In this document: positions 11,101 to 22,479 of the stretch, one piece after another
Numbering within the stretch: the stretch's first letter is position 1
Layout: every line of letters begins with the position of its first letter
Assembly: GCA_023213395.1 (NCBI GenBank)
Contig: CM041465.1
Location: 223,827,741-223,891,740, forward strand
DNA from: Cycas panzhihuaensis
Lineage: Eukaryota; Plantae; Cycadophyta
DNA length: 64,000 nt
Reading direction: 5' to 3'
The notes under the pieces: model-generated
Told to the model about the DNA's origin: nothing
Databases searched by the model: none
Seen by the model: the letters and a program-made list of their open reading frames with translations, nothing else
Program-made: the position numbers and the translations under genes

Positions 11101-13064
11101 CACTCACATAGGGTAAACTTTGCCCTCATGAGCAAAGTATTGGATTCCCACGAGCCTCAAACTTTTGATGAAGCTAATGCATATGCATCTTAGAGAAAGG
11201 TGATGGAAGATGAATACCACTCTATTGTTAAAAATAACACTTGGGAATTAGTTAACTTACCTCCAAATAAAAGAGCAATTGGCACTAAGTGAATCTATAA
11301 AACCAAGTTACGCTTGATAGATTAATTGATAAATATAAAGTTAAATTGGTTGCCAAAGGTTATGCCTAAAAATAAGGCATTGATTACAATAAAACATTTT
11401 TTATTACTGCTCAAATAGAAATGGTTTGAATGATAATAAGTTTAGCAACCCAAATAGGATGGGAAGCCTATCAAATGGATGTCAAAAGTGTCTTCCTCAA
11501 TAGTTATATTTAAAAGGATATCTATGTCACTCAACCCTTTGGTTTTGAAGTCAAAGGGGAAGAAAATAAAGTGTATAAACTTAAAAAGGCACTTTACAAA
11601 TTGAAATAAGCACCCAAGGCCTAGTATTCCTGAATTGACAAATATTTTAGAGATCAAGACTTTGAAAGATCTCAATAGACCCAAATCGCTACGTCAAAAT
11701 CAAGGGAAATTCTATCCTAATTATAAAACTCTATGCAGATGATCTTATCTACACTGGAAATGACTCATATTTATTGCAAAACATTAAGGAAGCCATGTGT
11801 AAGAAGTTTGAAATGACAGATTTGGGGTTAATGAATTACTTCCTAGGTTTGGAGGTATGGCAAGATAAGAATGGCATCTTCATCTCCCAATGGAAGTATA
11901 CCCTGGATCTATTATAAAAGTTTAGGATGACTGACTGCAAATCATTGGCAACTCTAACAGAAACAAGAATTAAACATTCCAAATCAGATGACTCTATATT
12001 AATTGATCCTGTAGTCTATAGACAACTAATCAACAGTATGATCTATTTGATATCCACTCGATTAGACATAACACATTTAGTTAGTATTGTATCCAGATTC
12101 ATATAAGACCTGAAGATTACTCATTAGCAAGTAGCCAAAACAATTCTTTGTTATCTTAAAGACACTTCAGAATATGGCCTATATTATAAAGCTTCATCAA
12201 ACTTCTGGTTGACAGGTTATATAGATTCAGATTGGGCAGGCAACATTAACGACAAAAAATCAACCTCAATTTACATGTTCAGTATGGGGTCAGTAGCTAT
12301 AGCATGGAGTATTAAGAAAGAAAATATAGTTTCCCTATCTACATTCAAAGTAAAATATAAATCAGTTGTTGCTAATGCATATGAAACAATATGGTTGAGA
12401 AGACTACTATAAGACTTTCAGCTAAAATAAAAAAGCCCTACAAGAATTTGGTATGACAATCAAAGTATAATAAAGATGGCACAGAACCTAGTTTTTCATG
12501 GTAGAATGAAACATATTGAGATGCAACATCATTTTATTTGAGAGCTAGTATAAGCAAGAGAGATTGAATTGGAATATTGTAATACCAAAGATCAAGCAAT
12601 AGACATCTTCATAAAAATATTGGGTAAAATCAAATTTCAAAAATTTAGAGATAAATTGGGATTTAACAAATTGGGAGTTTTCCACATTGGTCAGTATGGG
12701 GGAGAATGTTGGGATAATACCCAATTCACTTTTGTAAATACACACCTAGGGCCCCTCAAAGTTACCTTAGGCCTCCCTAGGACACCTCAGGCCACCTAGC
12801 AGTTGTCAACAACTGTCAAAGGAGTTGACATAGCTACCAAAAGTAAGTATTTAATTAATTATTTAATATTTTAATATTATTTTTAAGTTTTGAATGTTGT
12901 CAGTTAGAGGCGCTTATCGCCTCCCCAAATTTCTCTATAAATAAGGTGGAAATACCTGTCTAGTATTTTTTAACACTGCCAACTTACAATTCAGAGATTT
13001 ATTTTGTACTTGGAATAATATACTTGCACTTGTAATCCACCCACTCTGCACCTTGCTTCCAATA
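5120..13064 (+). mobile_element. Ty1/Copia LTR retrotransposon, decayed, with an ~3 kb 5' leader
   Basis: PBS tggtatcagagc at 5457-5468, gag-pol at 8460-12690, PPT gggggagaa before a 3' LTR at 12707-13064, putative 5' LTR at 5120-5454. Flanks are agatt/atatt. Confidence 0.85.
8460..12690 (+). pseudogene. Copia gag-pol (UBN2 gag, protease, GAG-pre-integrase, integrase, RT, RNase H), disrupted
   Basis: IPKFDGNNF; SKEAWDILQLIYEG; VLYVLALKKNLLSIGQ; DICGPMD; YQMDVKSVFLN; LYADDL; GYIDSDWAG; EYCNTKDQAIDIF. Confidence 0.93.
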
Positions 13065-14779
13065 ATATTTATAAGTAATCAAAAAATAAAATGACAAGGG
13101 ATAAAGGTCAAGAAAAAGGGGATTACCCTTCAAGAAGCCTTTTAATCTTATTTTTAGCTTTATGTTTTCTACTTTTTAAAGGTTTGTTAGGTGCATTTTG
13201 CATTGGACTCTAAAGGGGATCTTATTGAGGTATTAAGAAAAGCTTATTATAAGTGAGAAAAGTTATAACCAAAACTGTAAATCTAAAACATGGTTATGCA
13301 AAAAGGACATTAGTTAAGTGCTCTTTACTATAAGAATCCATAACAAATGCCTAAAAAGGAAAATATAACTTCAAAGAATCAAATGTAATGTATAAGTTCT
13401 AAAACTCAAAATAAGAGGAGAATCACAGTGTTTTATTACACTTATGTGTGAAGGTGGTGGGAACCTCATAATTATGCTTAGAAGGCAAGTTATTTTACTT
13501 ATAATGCTAGCATGTAAAAGGGGAGGTAAGCCAAAGAGCAAGCAAATAAAACTGATTGAATGCAAGTAAAGAGAAGTAATTCCTAAATGTGATAATTAAG
13601 AAGAGGACCCTTTATTGGTAGCCTAATTGTGAGTGTTAACAAGCTAAAAAATTATGAACCTTAAATAAATTTTTAAAGTAAACCTAGGAAAATAAGGAAA
13701 CCACAAGCAAGTGCATGCAAGTTTAGATACAATAAATCTTACTTAAATAGGCAATAAGAAATAAGTAAATCAATGACAAATTATACTCCTCAAATAAGAA
13801 AAAAATAATAATTTTATTATATTTTATTCAAAACTAAATAAAGTAGGATGTTAGTACCAACTTAGAGCAACAAGCTTATGTTGAAAATCAAAGACCAAAA
13901 GAGGAGAGAAAGCGATTTATACAAGCTAAAAGGAAAAAGAAAAGTCCCTAAGTAATGAAACACTAAGGGACTGATGAATCACTCTCCAACTAGTCAAAAT
14001 GCCATGAAAACTTGTTTATAAGCATCTAAGACCTACGAACACAACAAGATAAGTTCATAAGAAAGTAACAAGGCAAAATGAAATAAGATAAGTAAAAGAA
14101 TAGTAAATGATTTGAGGAGCCCACTTAAAAGTCTCATACCAAATGAGTTTAGAAGATTATATAGAGCTCTTAGAATATGATTTTTGTAAGAAAACCACTT
14201 GTATGATGTGTATAGTATCCCTATATTATATTTGGTCTAGTAAGATGTTGAAACAAAATGCTAAATGAGACACACCCCCCAAAAGAAAATATATTTCTCT
14301 ATTTTAGGACTAATACTGATGATACTATTAAAATCAGAAGGATATAGCTAAAATTATAAGGGCCATATCACTAATTTTGATGGCACTGTCAAAATTCTGT
14401 AGTACCATCATATACTTTGATAATATGTTATATACCATCAAATTTTTGGCAAGGTTAGTATAAATTTAATGGAATACATCAAGAAATTTGATGGGGTTAG
14501 AATAAACATGATAGGATGATACCATCAAACTTTTAAAAATATTAAAATAAAAAATTCAAGTAGAAAATAGGGAGACAAAAACCAAAAATAATGTTATACA
14601 ATAATCCAAGACATAATGCATGAGGATGGCTAGCAGTATAAGAAGATAAACCTTTAATTTGGTGCATAGTAGATTTAATCATAGGTGCCCTAAAGACAAG
14701 TACTCATAATGCATAATGATATCTCAATAAATAAACCACATCAACTAAAGCAAAGTGAAGAAGGGCCAAGACCTGAGGA

Positions 14780-15920
14780 CTAAGGAGACCAAATTTTGAA
14801 GAAATAACTTGGATACATGCCAATGGTATAAGTATAGTTGGAAATGACCTTAAGTCTTCTTGAAATAATATTTAAGCATGCATCATTGGTTAATGGAACA
14901 TTCTTCTTATTTATTTAATAAGAATTATTCATCTTATTTATGAAAATAATAGAAATGGATACACATCTTATTCATGTGATATGAGGTAAATATTAACTCA
15001 AATAGAGGTATGAAATAGTAAATGGCCCAAACTTATCTTGAGAGACATTATAATCAATATCAAAATATCTATGAAATAGGTTAAAAATAAAGTAAACATA
15101 TTGGCTATTATTGGTACACTAATAAGAGAATAAAAGGAAAAGAGAAGCACTAACATTTTATTATGAAGCAATAAAGGATTCTATAAGTTAAATGGGAGGA
15201 AGAAGAAAAAGGAAAAAGAAATATATATGTGGGCAACAAGATAGAGTTGGTATATAAGCTAAGATATACCAAAATGCTTGAGGATATGATTTCTTTTAGA
15301 AAATAGTCAAATACCATTACTAGGAATAGGATAATAAGTATTTAGTATCTTTCAATCTCTTAGAATATTATTCAAAAGTATTGGTGGCAAATTTTGGGTA
15401 GTTATTAGCACTTAAAACAATAGCCTATTTATGGTTGGTTAATATATGGTGATTATGGGCATTTGAAAGACATCCCAAGAAAGATACCAATTAATTTCCA
15501 AGTGAGTATGATTTGTTATGATTAGGTTTTGAATTAATTTTATAGTGGGCTTAATAATAACTAATCACTAAAAACATCATTCTGGGTCACTTTGATCTCG
15601 ATGATATTTTTCATATAAATTTAACCTCAATATTATACAAAATGTTGTATATGATATTTTCAAATGTCATGAGTTAACCTATATTTATGTTTCCTCATAA
15701 AGAGCAAATATATAGGCCCTTATCTTGCACTTCATTTACATGAGAAAAGAATTTATATTTGGTAAGAGAAATACCTTTATTAAACAAAGATATTTTGAGA
15801 ATAAGAAGAGGAAGTTATCTATGATCTAATTTCTATCATTTGATGAAATCCTTCTCTCTTTAGAATCTTTAGGAAGGTTACAACAACTTATTTATACTGA
15901 GATTTAGATGTATGATTTCC
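14780..15920 (+). pseudogene. Possible heavily decayed NBS-LRR (TNL-like) remnant
   Basis: ESLGRLQQLIY at about 15863-15895 resembles an LPESLGRL-type LRR. Weak MHD-like (HLIHxDM) and NRGxE motifs lie upstream at about 14955-15025. Confidence 0.3.
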
Positions 15921-18900
15921 CTTCATAAGGTGATTATTCTTCTATAAGGAGTTGTATATAAGAAGAATGGTTATTATACCAACTTTGGTTAGATCATTAT
16001 TATGTTACTACAATAGCAATATTATTATATATGATAGTGCTAGGATTATACTATAATAAGACAATGGTTGCCTTGTAATGGACTTGTGATGTCATGGCAA
16101 CTATGACTATGATGATGTTACTGTTACATTTGTGATTTTGATTAGATGTGATTACTATGATAACTACAAATGATATAGTTAATATTATAACTATGGTTAG
16201 TTAGTAAGCCAGTAGGATTTTTAGGACGGAAAAGGGATTGTAATATTTGTATGATATGTAATTATTTTTTAGTTGATCATTCTTAGCATATTATAATTCT
16301 CTCTTCTATTATTGTGTTTATAAACACCTCCAATGTACTTTCCTTATGACTATTTACTCCACTCTATTGATAAGAATAAATAGTCCAAAAAATAAAATAA
16401 AAGAAAAGAAAAAAGAAAAATGAAAGTCCTGCCACATTAAATTCCACATGCGAGGATTACTTTGTAATTTCTAACAGATTTCATAGTGTCTTTCTTGATA
16501 CCCTCTCTCCACCTTTTGATTTCAAAAATATATTAGATATTCACTGCTATGTGTTATTGTTACAAATATTACCATCTTTTACACCAATTTTGATCATGTC
16601 TTTCAATGTTTCTAGTTGCTCCCTTTATATCTTTGTGTCTTTCAATGTTGTTGATTACTCCCTTCATCTTCTTGAGCATGCATGCCTGTCGACACTCGTA
16701 GATTATCAAATCTATTACTAGTATAAGTAGTGTGAGACAAGATTACTCATCAAGTTATGGTAGAACTAGATGAGGAATCTCTCTTATTTTGGGATAAAGT
16801 TAATTTTTGGAAGGAATTATATGCCATGATTTTGTTAAGATAAAAGAAAATATGGAGAAAAGATTAACCTTCCTTGATTATAGGGGAGAGAAAATATCTT
16901 AATATACATAATAAAGTTACAAATATAGGTCATGTGTCAAACATATACAAAGAGGGTTATGATATATAACCCTCATTTTATGTAGGATCTCTTAAAAAAT
17001 CAAACATAGGAATAAAATATTAATACTCTAACCTCCCCTGGCACCTTAATGTCTTATCCTTTGTTTTTTATTTCTAGTTTTTCTCTTAGAAATTAGAACT
17101 TAACTTTTAATAAGAGTTTTGTAAACATATTTGTAAGTTACTCCTCACTAGTGTAATACTATGAGTCTATTTCCTTTGTTTAAACTTTTTCTTTGATAAA
17201 ATGGTGGTACACTTTAATGTGTTTCGTCCTTGTATAGAATATAGGTTTTTTCGTTAATTTGATAACACTTTAGTTATCGTAAAACATAGGAGTGGCCTAT
17301 TATTAATTTTGTTTTAGATCTTTGAGAAGTTACCTTATCCATATTGCTTTATAAGTGGCCCTTACTACTACTTTATATTCTACTTCTATAGATGACAGGG
17401 CTATAGCATCCTAATTTTGATTGCTCTAAGATGTGACAACTAATCCAAGAGTAAAATAGTAACCTAAAGTAGATTTTCTCTTTTATTGATCTCTAACCTA
17501 TTTTGAATTATTATATCTAGTTAATTTGAGAGAACTTATCTTGACATAACTTAATCTTAAGTTTGGAGTATCTTTATTATATCTCAGTATCCTTTTTATT
17601 GTATTTCAGTATGACACTTTTGGTGCATGCTTATATTTTAAAGTTACCCTGACTAAATAAGAGATATTAGGTCTAATAGCAATTAGATAAATAAGGCTAC
17701 TAATAAGCTGCTTATACAAGGTTTCATTTATCTCTTATCCATCTTCATTTGTGGTTAACTTACATCTTGTTTCCATTAGAGTGGTGGTAGCATTAAAATC
17801 TTCCATCTTGAAATTTTTGAGAAGATTTTTTACATATTTTGACTAAGAATTAAAGATAAAATATATCTTTTTCTCTACTTCAATTCTAAGATAATAATGC
17901 AATGTACCCATATCTATCATTTCAAAGATATTTTTCATTTGAACATTTATCCAACTAATTATGTATTAATCACTCTTATTAATTATTATGTCATCTATAT
18001 AAACCACATTTATGGTGATCAAGTCATTCCCCATTTTCTTGATATAAAGACTTGGATCTGATTCGCACCTAATGAAACCTTTTTGTTTAAGATGTGAGTT
18101 TAACTTTGCATACCATGCTCGTGGTACCTACTTGATTCTATATAGTGCATTTTTTAACCTACAAAGAAGATGTTATTTACCTCATTTTATGTATCTAAGA
18201 GGTTGTTCCATGTATAATTATTCATCTATATCCTTGCTTAGAAAGATACTTTTCATATCTAGTTATATAATATCCCATCTAAAATGTGCTACCATAGTAA
18301 TGACTATCCTAATAATTATTACTTTTGCTATTAAAGAAAAGGCCTTTTCATAATTAATACCATCAATTTGACAATATCCTTTTGCAATTAGTCTAGCTTT
18401 GTATTTTTTAGTGCTTCTAATAGATTTCTCTTTAATTTTATATACCTATTTACATCTAATTATAGGCTTATCCTTAGGTGGTAAGACTAATTACCAAGTC
18501 TGATTTTTTTTATATGGCACCCATTTTGGTATCTATAGTGTTAGATTTTAACATGGAAATCATCAAACTCCAAATACACCACAAGAACGATAACTAAAAT
18601 AGAACTTGTATTCAATTAACATAAGCATGATTCTAATACATCAAAGACTCAATATGAGTCTCTATGATGACTAGCTTCAATATACTACCTCAACCACCTT
18701 TATATACAAAAGAGGTGTGAAGACATATAAGACAAGTAATACATGTAGGACAAATACCTTTGTCCTCACCAATGACATTACACCAACTAATTTGACTAAT
18801 AATCTTCTATCTTCTCACACAATATTATAATAACTCTTTGAATCTAGGACTTAGGACTATGACACACATTAAATATTATACTCTAACACCTCCCCTTAAT

Positions 18901-20851
18901 GTTTAATGTCAATACTACAAAAAGTGATTGAGTACTAAAGACTAACATAACACTTTGACAATGACCTCTAATGTACTCTAATTTAATCGACATGTACTTT
19001 GTTTTCTTTGAATTTATAGTATTTTGATCTTGGAATAGTCTTGAACACAATGTCTTTGCCTTGATCTTTGTCTTCAATCTTGTAGTGTCATCTTTGAGAT
19101 AGTCCTTTAGACTGATGGTCTTCGAGCTTTGCCTCCTTAATCTTCATATATAATTAGGAATCCTTTGTCATGAAAAACAAGTTGTGAATCATGGCTAGTT
19201 CAACTTGAGCTTGGTATAGACTTATCAGTTGATCTTGCATGTACTCATCAAAAGCATCTTCAAGGTGTACATCAAGTATGTCTTTAGCTAATTCATTGTA
19301 AAATCTGCATGTCTTGTCTACTCCTATTTCTTATCTAATAAATCTTGTGTGTCCTTGGTGAATATGTGGTCTTCCTCCTTGAAAGGAAAGGAGTGACACT
19401 GATCCCTTTCCTAACTTTATTTGTTCAAATATATATGCAAGACTCAAAAAATTCTCTATACTATGTATAATGAGGACTTTCAAAATGATTACATACACCC
19501 ATTTCCTGATTAAGGCTATACAAAAATGGAACATTATTTTGACATGATTAAACTTTATGATCAAGTAACCTACCCAAAACATACTATGGTCTTAACAAAT
19601 AAGATTTAGATCATATAGTATCCTACTTATGTCCCTTCTTTCTTTAAAAGAACTTTCTAGTTCATTGTAGGATATGTTGTCACAATTTTGATTCTTTCAA
19701 AGATGAAAATAGAGGATGTAACTGAGTTGAGAAGAATCAATGATAGTTTCCAATACATGCATATCATTGTATGTCCTAACATCATTTACATTATGGCTAC
19801 TAACCTATCAACATATACTAAGATAATATTATTTATACCTTTTGTTAGTATGCATGTGTCTCCCTGAAGAATTACCTACAAAGATTATGGTTCAGGTTCT
19901 TCAATTTCCACTCTTTCAGCAATCCTAAGTGCGAAGTTTCCTATCATCTTGGTGAGGCTCAAGTCATTTGGTGCACTCAAATCTTCATCAGATTTTGGGC
20001 AAAAATTATTAGACTCCTGTCCTTACCAGAATCAAGCTAATTTTTGGCTTTCATTTTCAACTTCTTCCTTTAGTTCTTTGTCTTTTTTATACTCCTTTGT
20101 ACTTCTTCAGGTCCTTTTTCTTATACTTCTTCTAGCAGTTTCTAGGCATCCTCAGCTAAATCAGTATTTTGAAGAGTTTGTACAAGGAAGTGATAGGAAG
20201 AAGGAAGATTATCCTTATCAAAGGCTGCAAGTATTATGTCAGTGGCTATTCTATTTTTCCTTTTGAAAGTTTCATCCCTCTGTTCGTGAGCTATTTCAGT
20301 ACCCATAATTGTCTTTCAAAGTTTCTTTGTCTTGAATATGCACTCTATCTTAATTTTTTAGATTCAAAAATTAGTGCCAATATATTTGGGTAAAGTAAAA
20401 GGGAGATTTGTCAACCAGTATTTCTTTCTTTTAGGCACAAACACTATGATGTCACTCAACTCTATATTGTATGATTAGATTGAACAAGAGAAACATTACC
20501 CAAGATTATATCTCCATGATATCTGAATGAGTCAATCATAGCTATAATTCTCAGGATTCAACAACTTATAATGCATTAATAGAAGATATTATATCAATAA
20601 CAATCTTGACAAATCTGATCTCAGTCTCAACAGTTTGGGAATATTCAATAGATGCAGTTCAAGTACCTCCTCAGCTAACAGCAACATGCTCATTCATTGG
20701 TTCTCTACCATTGTTCGTAGATCCATCTGCTACCCTTCGAAAGCTATATATTCAAGACTACATTTCTTCAAGTTATGATTGCCCCTGAGATACAGTCCCA
20801 ATGCCCCTAACTATTTTAAAAGTGGATGTCTGTGCATATGGCAGTGACACT

Positions 20852-21035
20852 TCCATTAATTTCTTCGATAAAATCCCTAATGGCTTGCTTATTAGTAAAT
20901 GGTATAGATCCCACGGGATCTTCTAGTCTCTTGGTCATTCATGACCTTCAATTATGTCACTTCATTGAAGGGCTTGAAAGCCTGCTTTAAGCTCTAATGT
21001 TACCAAATACTCTGTACTATGTGTCTCAGTTGTCA
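20852..21035 (-). pseudogene. Intronless fragment of a glycine-rich RNA-binding protein RRM (GRP7/8-like)
   Basis: YRVFG...SLKQAFKPFNEVT*LKVMNDQETRRSRG...FTNKQAIRDFIEEING, compared with the consensus EYRCFVGGL...L..AF..FG.V.DSKIINDRETGRSRG...F..E.AM.DAIE.MNG. It is contiguous across the usual SK|II intron position. Confidence 0.8.
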
Positions 21036-21479
21036 AGGCACTAAGGGTGGAGAGAAGCCCCACCAAAATCATGAGGATCTAAGAATGGTCAAAAGGGGGT
21101 CGCGAGTTTGAATCTCATTCTTTTTGGGATTAAGTTCACAGTAGTTGACAATATACTTACCTCTCCATCTTAGTTTAGTACTCGCATTCTTCTCCTTTAT
21201 CAGGAGATTTTCCACTAACTCACCTCCATCAATGTATTCTTTACATTTATGGCTTTTCAATCATCTTCCTATCTTCTCCTAAGGCATCGTACAGATTCCA
21301 CAAGATCAGTTCATAGCAAAGCTTCAAGGTCAGGTGATTCCATGTATTCTCTACGAATGACTCGCCCAACTGGAGTGATAAACCTTTAATAACTTGTGGG
21401 TCTTCCTAGAGTTAACTATGTTTTACCATGATTCATGCTTAACTATAGATTTCATCCATGGTCATGCACAAATTATCTC

Positions 21480-22150
21480 TTCAACAACAATTATAATCAT
21501 ATAGATTAGGTCTCCTTAAATGAATTCTTGGCTCGCATGCCTTTCTCCTTCAACTCACATTGTCTCATGCATGATCTTCATATAGACAGACTTGTCACAC
21601 TATGGATCTATAACTCTTCACTGTATGTATTCTACAATGCCCTAACTGTGATTGTAGCTTCTTGAATATCAAGCAAGCAGTTATGCCTGACAAGTATAAC
21701 TACTGGCACCACTATTTCATGGCTATAATTGGGTCACTTCTAACTCTATTTGTTGGATTGCATTCTACTAATGATATGGGAATTGAGTTACCTTCTCTAG
21801 GAGTAGAGCATGCTTTGTTTAAATTAGTCTCCCTAGTTGTTGAATCCAGCGAAGTGAATTTGGCAAGTTCCAAGCTCACTTCGGAGGTATCTCAGTCAAG
21901 ATTGTTTGAAACTATTTCCAGCAATAATAAACTTATGAAGTGGACAACTTGAATAGACACAATCTGTTACTAGTCTAGAGGTAAAAAGTATCAAAAATCT
22001 TACCATGGAGAGGAGGTTAGATGGTGATTCCAGTGAAGCCTATGATAGTTCAAAACTACTAAGCAGTTTTGGTTATGCAAACGTTACAAAGATCATTTAC
22101 AGTATATCAATGGTAATACGTCTAGCACATTAACACTGCCACAATGGAGT
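21480..22150 (-). pseudogene. Deletion-condensed fragments of an LRR receptor-like kinase
   Basis: Across frame changes: FELS-GFTGI-PSNL; SNNLTEIP-SELGTC-NSLRWI; EGNSIPISLVEC; TM-like IVVPVVILV-GITACLIFKKL; juxtamembrane SEEL; weak kinase traces. Confidence 0.5.
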
Positions 22151-22157
22151 ACAAATA

Positions 22158-22479
22158 GAGAACAAACACTATGCCCATGTCGATTGCAGATGAAACTGAC
22201 CCATCATATACACCAGATCTAATCTCCTTGCTTGGACCTATTTTTGAGTCATTGGACAACTTTCCATTGGATCTTAGAAGTGGACTTTCGAGTGTTTTGT
22301 CACCTATCCATATACCTATCACTACTCCTGTCAATAGACCTACACCTATTGAGTCTCCTGCCTCATGAAATTATTGATAAAGTATAAAAGAATAGAAGAA
22401 TTATGATAGACAAAGCTCCGGGAGGGCATCAACTCAGCAGGAAATTCCTTTGTCTCAGGCACTGGCTCTCTTGCTTCAT
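22158..22479 (-). pseudogene. Deletion-condensed fragment of a G-type (bulb) lectin S-receptor-like kinase N-terminus
   Basis: Signal-peptide-like ALSIIILLFFYTLSII, then EAGDSIGVG, GIW-IGDKT-ESPLLRSNGKL-SND-GPSKEI, GSVSSAI-DMG-FVL. These are colinear with the B-lectin consensus DTI..G / YVGIWY..IP.KTVVWVANRE.PL....G.L / ..IWS / A.LLDSGNLVL. Confidence 0.6.

Noticed and set aside
13940-14015. Hammerhead-ribozyme-like CTGATGA...GAAA next to a hairpin
   Set aside because: There is no UH cleavage triplet in register with stem I and no convincing stem II or III.
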